Counted from the first letter of the stretch, positions 11,595 through 22,691 are shown. The stretch: DNA of 64,000 bases from Paramoeba atlantica (GCA_977017575.1 CDRNVI010000046.1:150630-214629); one strand, 5' to 3'. Notes: generated from the sequence alone by a model not told the origin. Translations and numbers: made by a program.

Positions 11595-14417
11595 TCAATG
11601 CTTTTTCTCTTCACACATTCTGCTATATGGATCTGCAGGATTTTCTTTTGATGCAATATATTCTGCCTGTACTGCAATTCCTTGACGATTCAAATATTTC
11701 AACAAACCATACAACTCCGAAGTAATGCCATCAGATCCTGACACTTTCCTATTGATCGCTGCTAAACAGGATGTATTGTCAACAAATAAATCTACGCATG
11801 TATCTCGCTGAAAGTGATGCCCGTACTTCTCAAACGCCAAACGTACTGCCCGAGCTTCGGCTCGATTCACTTCGTACTTGAAACCCTCCGGCCAGGAGGC
11901 TCCGGTACATAAAACTTTCCCATAGTCGAGGTAAAGCACCGCCCCCCACCCGGTGGACGACGCATCGGTAAATAGAACGTGCTGATGTGGTACTGTATCA
12001 GGGTGTCGGACCGGGTCCACTGGAGAACAATAGATCAAGGAATCGCGCCACTCGGTCAACTTCACTCGCACTCGTAATGGTAAAGGTACGACAGTATCCA
12101 ATAGGCAAGGATCGCGATTTAAATGATTGATTCGTCGTCGGACAATTTTCAAGAATAGATGATATTGGGGAATCGGTATGCCCATGATTGCCGAAGCAAA
12201 AATGAGCCTCCCAACACCGGCCTCCAGCCCAGAGTATGTGGTATGCATGTAGTTATCATTCTGAAGTCTTCGCGTTATCTTGGGTCCCAATGCAACTTTC
12301 CCTGATCGGTGGTGATAATTGACTCCATTGAATGTGTAGTTCTGCAAAGGTGGCACCCCAAGCTCCTTAAAACGGGCGTTAACTTGCTGCGCCCGTCGAT
12401 CTATAAACGCGGCATATTCCTGTGTATTTTTGTCACTAGAAGCGTAACGAATGCCGTCGATATACACATCCAGACCATTGTGGGCAAACGCCGATTTCTT
12501 ATTACAGTAAGCTGGATCTCCCGCTATTGTCGCGGTTAACGAGTGCATCAACTCAGGGGCACACCGGTGTCCCATCGGCATCACATTCATTTCATATACT
12601 TGCCCACTGCGGTCCAAAAATCTGAACTTCGCCCTACTTTCGGATGGAATCGCGACCTGAAAAAAACCGCATGCCAGATCACGCTTTACCGCCGAGTCCT
12701 GTCGGGCTCGATGGAGATAATAGGCTGCATGTTTTACCGGTACTTGTGGCTCATAAACCTCCTTAATCCGCGCGTTGTCATCCCGGGTCCATGCTATAAA
12801 CCGCCGGCGTTCTGTCTCGTCGTCAGCAGGCTCGACAACCGTGAATGGTATCACCCATTCCATCGTTGGGCGACGCTGTGCTTCCTCTGTGTTGACGTGT
12901 GACACAAATCCTGCGTCCACCAGCTGGGTTATATCCTTGTCGTGCAATAATGATTTACACGCCGGTGTTTTACTCGGAGTGTTTGGTAACCGAGTTAAAA
13001 TTTTCCATGTCTCCTGGAAGCGCTCACGTGCTTTTTGGTTCATTAACAGTTTAAGTCGCTCGACCTCCATCTGTGGAATATTTAGCTTCACATGCAAGGG
13101 CAACTTCCAATCCCCCTCCTGTGCCACCTTAGAGGTCCTCCTCGATCTCGTTATTGTGTGCTTTACCTTCTCGTGTGGTATATCTTCCAAAAACTTGCTA
13201 AAAATAACCTCGGGGCTCACAGTATCTGTAGTTTTGACGTGGCCTTCTGGGTACCAAGCGCCAAGGCGGTAGTGACTGGGTCCGCATTGTACCGCAGGAG
13301 GGACTCCAGGGATTGGTGCTTTGCGAGATGTTGCACCTCGTCGAGTCGGATTGTCCCGTTGGCTACCTCTGTGAAAAGGTGTGTGATTGCGCCCCTCTTC
13401 GCCGAATGCGTGCCGTACCCCGCCCCTAACCGCTCTCGAATGCGGGCGTCGACCTCCGTCACCGTTGATCTGGACATTGGCTGGTGCTGTCCCAACTGAC
13501 TGATGTACGCGTGAAGGGTAGCGGTTCCGGGGCCCTCGATCACCGTGTACATGGAGGGTCGGTATGGGTTGAACCTGGAAGTCTTTGTTTTTCGCCCCCA
13601 CCAAATCACTATTCTTAACGGCGTTAATTCGCGAAATTGTTCCTTCGTCAAACTTGCAGTCTCTGTCCACCGGCTGGCTGCTTTCCAACAAAGCATCAAG
13701 GTATGTCTTTCGCTGCATGGGAGATGGTGCCATAACTGGTTCAGTAACGTGGGTGTCAAAGGAGCCATCTGGCGTACTGGCTCCGTGGCCCCTTCTGCCA
13801 TCAGTGATTTTACATAAAATTTTAGAGGATTCGTTTCCAGGCCTGCGAGGCTTAATATAGAAGCGAGGCTGCGTGCGTACGTGAGCTTGCCCTGTACTCT
13901 GATGTTCATCGTCGCCACAAAAGTTACTGCATGTATCGCGGTAATTTCGATTGCCTTCCAATTGCAAAAGGCGGTTAGTCTTTCCCACAACCTCGCCCTG
14001 CTTTTCCAGGTTGCGTTGCTCCACATCTCGGACATCCCATCTAGTGCTACACGGACCTCTTCCGTCACGTGAGTAATTCCCATTAATAACTTCATCAACT
14101 TCATCCTTACTGGCGTAGTATCCACACTTAACATTCCTCCGTACAAACTCCCAGATCTTATCAATCTCCCTTTCAAGTCGCCTGCACTTGGTACATTCAC
14201 CGTCTGCTTTTCCGTTTGTAACCTTCTCTCCCTCCTCCTTTTCTTTGCAACTTGCATATTCGACACACTTTTCCCCTTGAATATAATAACACTGGCCGTT
14301 AGGGTGGGGCTTTTTCATAAGCTCTTGCTGCTCCCGGCAGGGCCAGCCACCCGCGAACGAAAATCCCGCTTTGGACAGTTTTTCCATACATGATCGGGTG
14401 AACGGCACCCAAAACAC
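11595..14417 (-). CDS. pol: Pol (RT plus RNase H) of YR retroelement A; N-terminal part overlaps the YR ORF
   Basis: KRDLACGFFQV, MPMGHRCAPE, VYIDG; RH LFTDASSTGWG, NRAEA, VDNTS, NPADPYSR. Confidence 0.92.
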   Translation of the reverse strand: MFWVPFTRSCMEKLSKAGFSFAGGWPCREQQELMKKPHPNGQCYYIQGEKCVEYASCKEKEEGEKVTNGKADGECTKCRRLEREIDKIWEFVRRNVKCGYYASKDEVDEVINGNYSRDGRGPCSTRWDVRDVEQRNLEKQGEVVGKTNRLLQLEGNRNYRDTCSNFCGDDEHQSTGQAHVRTQPRFYIKPRRPGNESSKILCKITDGRRGHGASTPDGSFDTHVTEPVMAPSPMQRKTYLDALLESSQPVDRDCKFDEGTISRINAVKNSDLVGAKNKDFQVQPIPTLHVHGDRGPRNRYPSRVHQSVGTAPANVQINGDGGRRPHSRAVRGGVRHAFGEEGRNHTPFHRGSQRDNPTRRGATSRKAPIPGVPPAVQCGPSHYRLGAWYPEGHVKTTDTVSPEVIFSKFLEDIPHEKVKHTITRSRRTSKVAQEGDWKLPLHVKLNIPQMEVERLKLLMNQKARERFQETWKILTRLPNTPSKTPACKSLLHDKDITQLVDAGFVSHVNTEEAQRRPTMEWVIPFTVVEPADDETERRRFIAWTRDDNARIKEVYEPQVPVKHAAYYLHRARQDSAVKRDLACGFFQVAIPSESRAKFRFLDRSGQVYEMNVMPMGHRCAPELMHSLTATIAGDPAYCNKKSAFAHNGLDVYIDGIRYASSDKNTQEYAAFIDRRAQQVNARFKELGVPPLQNYTFNGVNYHHRSGKVALGPKITRRLQNDNYMHTTYSGLEAGVGRLIFASAIMGIPIPQYHLFLKIVRRRINHLNRDPCLLDTVVPLPLRVRVKLTEWRDSLIYCSPVDPVRHPDTVPHQHVLFTDASSTGWGAVLYLDYGKVLCTGASWPEGFKYEVNRAEARAVRLAFEKYGHHFQRDTCVDLFVDNTSCLAAINRKVSGSDGITSELYGLLKYLNRQGIAVQAEYIASKENPADPYSRMCEEKKH
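13217..14266 (-). CDS. Tyrosine recombinase, 349 aa, nested in another frame of pol
   Basis: Catalytic set R (KAASRW), K, HxxR (HSAKR), H (KHQS), Y (LLRY). Confidence 0.9.
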   Translation of the reverse strand: MSNMQVAKKRRRERRLQTEKQTVNVPSAGDLKGRLIRSGSLYGGMLSVDTTPVRMKLMKLLMGITHVTEEVRVALDGMSEMWSNATWKSRARLWERLTAFCNWKAIEITAIHAVTFVATMNIRVQGKLTYARSLASILSLAGLETNPLKFYVKSLMAEGATEPVRQMAPLTPTLLNQLWHHLPCSERHTLMLCWKAASRWTETASLTKEQFRELTPLRIVIWWGRKTKTSRFNPYRPSMYTVIEGPGTATLHAYISQLGQHQPMSRSTVTEVDARIRERLGAGYGTHSAKRGAITHLFTEVANGTIRLDEVQHLAKHQSLESLLRYNADPVTTALALGTQKATSKLQIL

Positions 14418-15529
14418 AGCATTCCCGGTCTTCGGTATGGCGCAGGCGCGCGAGCTGGTGTGACGTGCGGAGTAAAATAACGCTGCGATCCTTGAGGTAC
14501 ATACGTGGCGTATGCTCGAGATAAACGTTTTTCTCTTTCGGCCAGCTGATCACTCACGTGGTGGTAAAATTTATCGTTGGGACGCACGTCTTTTTGCATT
14601 TTCTCATGTACTAGCTCCACGTCCACGCGACGCGCACGCCAGTACGCGTCACGTAGCGATTGGATAATTGCTCGGCCCATCTCAAGAAAAGTACTCTGGT
14701 TCCACCCGGGCGTTTGTCGAGCCAGAATAATCCACTTGCAGAAAATTCCATTAAAATTACGCTCTTGCTGTTTTACGAAAGTACGATCTTGGAAGTACTG
14801 GTTAACTCGTAATCCAAACTCAGGTGCATCACGCAGTTCACGTATTAAATCCCTCGTTCGAAACCCACCCTCATCGAGAGACATAATCCACGGCTCAAAT
14901 GTAATGGGCTCATAGGGATCCAGGGCGTTCGGGTCGAGAACCAACGGGGATGCATCTGTCGAAAATATCACTTCCGCAGGTTCCTCATTAACACGAGTTT
15001 CATCGAGCGCGTTCATTTGCCGTACAGGTCGGCGCCCTTGTGTCGGTAACATCGCAGAGGGTACAGTTGGTTGAGTTCCTGGCGTGGTCGAAGGTTGTGT
15101 CGGATCTCCTGCTGTCTGTGGCCCCCCCTGGGCTGTCCCTCCCCTCGTCTCGGTCTGTGGAACCTCCCCTGGAAAATGGTGGATTTTTACCTGATAATAA
15201 TTCAGTTCCGCATGAGGAAAAGGATACTCTTTCGTGGGTTCATCTTCCCACACGGCCCATAACTCCAAACCTTCCTGACGAACTTTTCCGTACACTGCTT
15301 TTATTGATTCATTGGGCTCGTCCTTGCGGCGAAAAAAAGCTTGCACTGACACCGCCGGCTTGTCGGCCGGTGCCAAAAGAAGTCTCTCCCGGATCACTGC
15401 ACATACATTGGTCAGATCGTGCGTCGTAAGCGGCTCGGTAGGCGCGAGCGGCTCCGTCACAGGAGAGGAACGTCGGGAGCTCCGTAAGCTCCGCGTCGAA
15501 GGATTCATAGTTGCGAGTTCTGATCGCAA
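14315..15529 (-). CDS. gag: Gag-like protein, 404 aa, with CCHC knuckle
   Basis: CFGCRSPDHVWKNC; first ORF after A1; homologous to other gag ORFs in the window. Confidence 0.88.
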   Translation of the reverse strand: MRSELATMNPSTRSLRSSRRSSPVTEPLAPTEPLTTHDLTNVCAVIRERLLLAPADKPAVSVQAFFRRKDEPNESIKAVYGKVRQEGLELWAVWEDEPTKEYPFPHAELNYYQVKIHHFPGEVPQTETRGGTAQGGPQTAGDPTQPSTTPGTQPTVPSAMLPTQGRRPVRQMNALDETRVNEEPAEVIFSTDASPLVLDPNALDPYEPITFEPWIMSLDEGGFRTRDLIRELRDAPEFGLRVNQYFQDRTFVKQQERNFNGIFCKWIILARQTPGWNQSTFLEMGRAIIQSLRDAYWRARRVDVELVHEKMQKDVRPNDKFYHHVSDQLAEREKRLSRAYATYVPQGSQRYFTPHVTPARAPAPYRRPGMLCFGCRSPDHVWKNCPKRDFRSRVAGPAGSSKSL

Positions 15530-15747
15530 CTTTCCTTTTGCGAAAATAGAGAAAAGCTACTAGTGTAATAATAAAGTATAGTACTGTATAATTGATAATC
15601 TACAAATATACATGGTTCCCCCCAGAGGGGGCAATGTCACACTGAAATCAGATCATAATATTAAATATCATGTGCCCCGTAGGGCCACGGTCAGATCTCA
15701 TACAGAATCAAAAGTATCTTCTTTGATCAATTCTTTCCGTAAACTAT

Positions 15748-18700
15748 AATAAGGAAAGGTCTTACAATAAGGAAAGGTCTTACAATAAGGAAAGGTCTTA
15801 CAATAAGGAAAGGTCTTACAATAAGGAAAGGTCTTACAATAAGGAAAGGTCTTACAATAAGGAAAGGTCTTACAATAAGGAAAGGTCTTACAATAAGGAA
15901 AGGTCTTACAATAAGGAAAGGTCTTACAATAAGGAAAGGTCTTACAATAAGGAAAGGTCTTACAATAAGGAAAGGTCTTACAATAAGGAAAGGTCTTACA
16001 ATAAGGAAAGGTCTTACAATAAGGAAAGGTCTTACAATAAGGAAAGGTCTTACAATAAGGAAAGGTCTTACAATAAGGAAAGGTCTTACAATAAGGAAAG
16101 GTCTTACAATAAGGAAAGGTCTTACAATAAGGAAAGGTCTTACAATAAGGAAAGGTCTTACAATAAGGAAAGGTCTTACAATAAGGAAAGGTCTTACAAT
16201 AAGGAAAGGTCTTACAATAAGGAAAGGTCTTACAATAAGGAAAGGTCTTACAATAAGGAAAGGTCTTACAATAAGGAAAGGTCTTACAATAAGGAAAGGT
16301 CTTACAATAAGGAAAGGTCTTACAATAAGGAAAGGTCTTACAATAAGGAAAGGTCTTACAATAAGGAAAGGTCTTACAATAAGGAAAGGTCTTACAATAA
16401 GGAAAGGTCTTACAATAAGGAAAGGTCTTACAATAAGGAAAGGTCTTACAATAAGGAAAGGTCTTACAATAAGGAAAGGTCTTACAATAAGGAAAGGTCT
16501 TACAATAAGGAAAGGTCTTACAATAAGGAAAGGTCTTACAATAAGGAAAGGTCTTACAATAAGGAAAGGTCTTACAATAAGGAAAGGTCTTACAATAAGG
16601 AAAGGTCTTACAATAAGGAAAGGTCTTACAATAAGGAAAGGTCTTACAATAAGGAAAGGTCTTACAATAAGGAAAGGTCTTACAATAAGGAAAGGTCTTA
16701 CAATAAGGAAAGGTCTTACAATAAGGAAAGGTCTTACAATAAGGAAAGGTCTTACAATAAGGAAAGGTCTTACAATAAGGAAAGGTCTTACAATAAGGAA
16801 AGGTCTTACAATAAGGAAAGGTCTTACAATAAGGAAAGGTCTTACAATAAGGAAAGGTCTTACAATAAGGAAAGGTCTTACAATAAGGAAAGGTCTTACA
16901 ATAAGGAAAGGTCTTACAATAAGGAAAGGTCTTACAATAAGGAAAGGTCTTACAATAAGGAAAGGTCTTACAATAAGGAAAGGTCTTACAATAAGGAAAG
17001 GTCTTACAATAAGGAAAGGTCTTACAATAAGGAAAGGTCTTACAATAAGGAAAGGTCTTACAATAAGGAAAGGTCTTACAATAAGGAAAGGTCTTACAAT
17101 AAGGAAAGGTCTTACAATAAGGAAAGGTCTTACAATAAGGAAAGGTCTTACAATAAGGAAAGGTCTTACAATAAGGAAAGGTCTTACAATAAGGAAAGGT
17201 CTTACAATAAGGAAAGGTCTTACAATAAGGAAAGGTCTTACAATAAGGAAAGGTCTTACAATAAGGAAAGGTCTTACAATAAGGAAAGGTCTTACAATAA
17301 GGAAAGGTCTTACAATAAGGAAAGGTCTTACAATAAGGAAAGGTCTTACAATAAGGAAAGGTCTTACAATAAGGAAAGGTCTTACAATAAGGAAAGGTCT
17401 TTACAATAAGGAAAGGTCTTACAATAAGGAAAGGTCTTACAATAAGGAAAGGTCTTACAATAAGGAAAGGTCTTACAATAAGGAAAGGTCTTACAATAAG
17501 GAAAGGTCTTACAATAAGGAAAGGTCTTACAATAAGGAAAGGTCTTACAATAAGGAAAGGTCTTACAATAAGGAAAGGTCTTACAATAAGGAAAGGTCTT
17601 ACAATAAGGAAAGGTCTTACAATAAGGAAAGGTCTTACAATAAGGAAAGGTCTTACAATAAGGAAAGGTCTTACAATAAGGAAAGGTCTTACAATAAGGA
17701 AAGGTCTTACAATAAGGAAAGGTCTTACAATAAGGAAAGGTCTTACAATAAGGAAAGGTCTTACAATAAGGAAAGGTCTTACAATAAGGAAAGGTCTTAC
17801 AATAAGGAAAGGTCTTACAATAAGGAAAGGTCTTACAATAAGGAAAGGTCTTACAATAAGGAAAGGTCTTACAATAAGGAAAGGTCTTACAATAAGGAAA
17901 GGTCTTACAATAAGGAAAGGTCTTACAATAAGGAAAGGTCTTACAATAAGGAAAGGTCTTACAATAAGGAAAGGTCTTACAATAAGGAAAGGTCTTACAA
18001 TAAGGAAAGGTCTTACAATAAGGAAAGGTCTTACAATAAGGAAAGGTCTTACAATAAGGAAAGGTCTTACAATAAGGAAAGGTCTTACAATAAGGAAAGG
18101 TCTTACAATAAGGAAAGGTCTTACAATAAGGAAAGGTCTTACAATAAGGAAAGGTCTTACAATAAGGAAAGGTCTTACAATAAGGAAAGGTCTTACAATA
18201 AGGAAAGGTCTTACAATAAGGAAAGGTTTACAATAAGGAAAGGTCTTACAATAAGGAAAGGTCTTACAATAAGGAAAGGTCTTACAATAAGGAAAGGTCT
18301 TACAATAAGGAAAGGTCTTACAATAAGGAAAGGTCTTACAATAAGGAAAGGTCTTACAATAAGGAAAGGTCTTACAATAAGGAAAGGTCTTACAATAAGG
18401 AAAGGTCTTACAATAAGGAAAGGTCTTACAATAAGGAAAGGTCTTACAATAAGGAAAGGTCTTACAATAAGGAAAGGTCTTACAATAAGGAAAGGTCTTA
18501 CAATAAGGAAAGGTCTTACAATAAGGAAAGGTCTTACAATAAGGAAAGGTCTTACAATAAGGAAAGGTCTTACAATAAGGAAAGGTCTTACAATAAGGAA
18601 AGGTCTTACAATAAGGAAAGGTCTTACAATAAGGAAAGGTCTTACAATAAGGAAAGGTCTTACAATAAGGAAAGGTCTTACAATAAGGAAAGGTCTTACA

Positions 18701-19970
18701 ATAAGGAAAGGTCTTACAATAAGGAAAGGTCTTACAATAAGGAAAGGTCTTACAATAAGGAAAGGTCTTACAATAAGGAAAGGTCTTACAATAAGGAAAG
18801 GTCTTACAATAAGGAAAGGTCTTACAATAAGGAAAGGTCTTACAATAAGGAAAGGTCTTACAATAAGGAAAGGTCTTACAATAAGGAAAGGTCTTACAAT
18901 AAGGAAAGGTCTTACAATAAGGAAAGGTCTTACAATAAGGAAAGGTCTTACAATAAGGAAAGGTCTTACAATAAGGAAAGGTCTTACAATAAGGAAAGGT
19001 CTTACAATAAGGAAAGGTCTTACAATAAGGAAAGGTCTTACAATAAGGAAAGGTCTTACAATAAGGAAAGGTCTTACAATAAGGAAAGGTCTTACAATAA
19101 GGAAAGGTCTTACAATAAGGAAAGGTCTTACAATAAGGAAAGGTCTTACAATAAGGAAAGGTCTTACAATAAGGAAAGGTCTTACAATAAGGAAAGGTCT
19201 TACAATAAGGAAAGGTCTTACAATAAGGAAAGGTCTTACAATAAGGAAAGGTCTTACAATAAGGAAAGGTCTTACAATAAGGAAAGGTCTTACAATAAGG
19301 AAAGGTCTTACAATAAGGAAAGGTCTTACAATAAGGAAAGGTCTTACAATAAGGAAAGGTCTTACAATAAGGAAAGGTCTTACAATAAGGAAAGGTCTTA
19401 CAATAAGGAAAGGTCTTACAATAAGGAAAGGTCTTACAATAAGGAAAGGTCTTACAATAAGGAAAGGTCTTACAATAAGGAAAGGTCTTACAATAAGGAA
19501 AGGTCTTACAATAAGGAAAGGTCTTACAATAAGGAAAGGTCTTACAATAAGGAAAGGTCTTACAATAAGGAAAGGTCTTACAATAAGGAAAGGTCTTACA
19601 ATAAGGAAAGGTCTTACAATAAGGAAAGGTCTTACAATAAGGAAAGGTCTTACAATAAGGAAAGGTCTTACAATAAGGAAAGGTCTTACAATAAGGAAAG
19701 GTCTTACAATAAGGAAAGGTCTTACAATAAGGAAAGGTCTTACAATAAGGAAAGGTCTTACAATAAGGAAAGGTCTTACAATAAGGAAAGGTCTTACAAT
19801 AAGGAAAGGTCTTACAATAAGGAAAGGTCTTACAATAAGGAAAGGTCTTACAATAAGGAAAGGTCTTACAATAAGGAAAGGTCTTACAATAAGGAAAGGT
19901 CTTACAATAAGGAAAGGTCTTACAATAAGGAAAGGTCTTACAATAAGGAAAGGTCTTACAATAAGGAAAG
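15748..19970. repeat. 18-bp tandem array, right block, about 234 units
   Basis: Same unit; single-base indels near 17401 and 18227. Confidence 0.98.
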
Positions 19971-19979
19971 TTGAGTTCA

Positions 19980-20520
19980 AGCTGAAAGGAGGTTTGGGCG
20001 CTCGAGGCCAGAAATCACAACCTGCGGATAAGAAACCAACACGCTTCGCGCAGACAAGTCCTCATGGCACGTTTCCCGTAGCTTTCCGTGAGCGCGAAGA
20101 TTACTCATCCGGAAGTTGACGAAACCCAGCCGAGCTGAAAGGAGGTTTGGGCGCTCGAGGCCAGAAATCACAACCTGCGGATAAGACACCAACACGCTTC
20201 GCGCAGACAAGTCCTCATGGCACGTTTCCCGTAGCTTTCCGTGAGCGCGAAGATTACTCATCCGGAAGTTGACGAAACCCAGCCGAGCTGAAAGGAGGTT
20301 TGGGCGCTCGAGGCCAGAAATCACAACCTGCGGATAAGAAACCAACACGCTTCGCGCAGACAAGTCCTCATGGCACGTTTCCCGTAGCTTTCCGTGAGCG
20401 CGAAGATTACTCATCCGGAAGTTGACGAAACCAAGCCGAGCTGAAAGGAGGTTTGGGCGCTCGAGGCCAGAAATCACAACCTGCGGATAAGACACCAACA
20501 CGCTTCGCGCAGACAAGTCC
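19980..20520. repeat. 153-bp satellite resumes, about 3.5 units
   Basis: Resumes at AGCTGAAAGGAGG, the register in which it stopped at 1408. Confidence 0.96.
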
Positions 20521-20850
20521 TTTTGAAGCAAAAGCACTTTTTCCAAGCGTCTCGCAAAGCCATTGAAGAGCAATCCAAAACCAATAACGCTCCGGTGGTA
20601 ATAGCGGGATCCAAGCGAAACAGGGCTCTGAACGAACGTGACAGCCAGAAGAATGATACTTCCAAGCGATTAGTCATGAAAGCAATACGATCTGAATAAA
20701 AACGATTTGCAACCGAGCTGAGAAAGGACATGCGCCTCAAAGAACTAATGGAGCGAGGATCCGCATCATTTCACCACCTGTAATCAACCAGCAACTACAT
20801 CAATCCGTACCTCTTCCGTTTCTGTATAATGATGCGCCTGGGAATAGTGC
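20521..20850 (+). pseudogene. CRE-like fragment (post-RT linker)
   Basis: Translates to FFQASRKAIEEQ and TSNYINPYLFRFCIMMRLGI, matching other CRE copies. Confidence 0.65.
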
Positions 20851-21330
20851 CAGAAATCAACGTCTTCTCTCCCCTGCATCATAATGAAAGTAAACCATGT
20901 TAAAACCAATTTTCCTAGTAATATATCGCTTCAATGAAAGTTTCAGTCCAATCATCCCGACTATTTTTAGTTTCCAATAAACTATATCTATCTGACGAAT
21001 TATCAAGGTACCTGGCCAATATAATAAAAACAATCACAGAAACCCAGTCAACAACTCCTCAAACTTACGAACGGGCATCCCGTCCACCAACTCCGCGAAC
21101 CAACCCGTTCGCCCGTAATCCAAACTCCCGCGCGCACGTGTTTGTAGCAAATGGTGGCGGCCAATTACTAAAAACTCGTAATGTTTTTCAAGAATTCCTA
21201 CCGCGTAATAAAATTGAATAGTATATATTTTCTATATAGCTAATTTTTTTTTTGATTCTATATAATGAGTTTTACTAATTAATGGTACATTCATACCTAT
21301 GCGAGTTTCCATACATGTATGTATACATGC

Positions 21331-22676
21331 TTATCCGGTGCGGCTGATAGGGTCCGCTGGGTTTTCGGCAGATCTCACATAACGTGCCATGAGACATACG
21401 CCAAGGTTCTGATTTGTCTTCAACACACGCTTGAGCTCTCCGGCAATACTGTCGGATTTCGCGATCTTGCGGTTGAATGCTGCTTGACAAGAGGTGTTGT
21501 CAATAAACAAATCAACACAGGTTCCTTTTTGAAAGTGGTGTGTCAGTTTTTCAAACGCAAGTCGAACGGCCATCGCCTCAGCGTGATTCACTTCGTATTT
21601 GAACTCAGGTTGCCATTTATCGCCAACAATAATCACTTGTCCGTCGTCCCGGTAAAGAACCGCGCCCCATCCTTTAGCTGACGCATCCGTGTACAGTCGG
21701 TGTTTATGCGGGACAACGTCAGGATGCGGAGGTGGTGATATAGGCTCATTGACCAAAATGATATCACGCCTATTCGCGAGAATCGATCGGGTGGCTGTCG
21801 GAAGAGGAACCGGTTGATGTGCGAGTTCGGGGCATCGGTTTAACTCATTGATACGTCGTCTAACAATCTTTAAGGGGAAATGATAGTCTGGAATAATATG
21901 ACCCAAGACCGCTGCTGCATAGAGGAGGCGCCCCACCGCCGTCTCCAATTGAGAGTACGTAATATTACGAAACCGATCTCGTGACATTTTCCGTATAACC
22001 CTAGGCCCCAGGTTGACCTTATGGGTTACGTGGTTGTAGAAGACGCCGTTAAAAACATATTCAGTGGAGGGGTCAAAACCAGCCTCCTTGAACAAACCTC
22101 CCACTTCCTTACACCGTGAATCCACGAATTTCACAAATTTATCAGCTTGTTCTTGAGATCCTGCGAAACGAATCCCGTCTATATAGACGTCCACAGATCC
22201 AATGCATGAAACTAGTTCGGGTTTGCATACCGCCAGATCGCCTGCTAGTGTAGCTGTAATCTTGTGCATATTTTCAGGGGCGCATCGGTGCCCCATTGGC
22301 ATAACCTTTATCTGGTGTAAGACGCCATTTAGATCTCGAAAGCGAAATTTGGCACGAGCCTGGCGCGGAATTGGAACTTGATAAAATCCACATCGGAGAT
22401 CGCGCTTCACCCCCACTTCTTCGGCAGCCTTATGGAGATAACGAGAAGGATGCAACAAAGGCACGTCTGGCTTGTAGTCTTTTAATCGCAAGTTATCATC
22501 CTTGGTCCATGATATGAAACGGCGCCTATCGTTGCCTTCCTCGTCGGATTCGACTACCGTGAATGGAATTACGTATTGCAGCGTTGGGTACCGGCGTATG
22601 TCGTCCTCCTCCACTCTTTCTATCACTCCGGCTTCAAGTAAACCCGTGATGTCGGCATTTACAAGATTTCCTTTTG
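21331..22676 (-). pseudogene. pol: RT/RH remnant of a further YR retroelement (family E), 5' truncated
   Basis: KRDLRCGFYQV, MPMGHRCAPE, VYIDG, LYTDASAKGWG, NPADPISR. Confidence 0.88.
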
Positions 22677-22691
22677 TTCTGTACCTTGTTG
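22677..22691 (+). other. 3' 15 nt of the spliced-leader-like sequence at the head of a CRE-like copy
   Basis: TTCTGTACCTTGTTG, identical to the 3' end of the 39-mer at 37892-37930. Confidence 0.7.

Larger units (their letters stand above)
10738..15749 (-). mobile_element. VIPER/TATE-like tyrosine-recombinase retroelement (family A), complete, split direct repeats A1-gag-YR/pol-B1-A2-B2
   Basis: A repeat 224 bp at 15526-15749 and 10972-11195; B repeat 210 bp at 11194-11403 and 10738-10947; three intact ORFs; no TSD. Confidence 0.93.
1674..19969 (-). mobile_element. Ingi/L1Tc-like non-LTR retrotransposon with an 18-bp tandem-array 5' head and a nested VIPER-like insertion
   Basis: GTTGAGTTCAA direct repeat at 1663-1673 and 19970-19980; (TAA)n tail on + at 1674-1692; intact APE-RT-RH ORF. 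Confidence 0.8.

Noticed and set aside
6431-19970. CRISPR-like array
   Set aside because: Units are contiguous with no spacers; no cas genes; eukaryotic context
18211-19980. 589-aa (LIVRPF)n ORF, and (CKTFPY)n ORF at 10481-10750
   Set aside because: Open frames of the 18-bp repeat, bounded by single-base indels; no sign of a real gene
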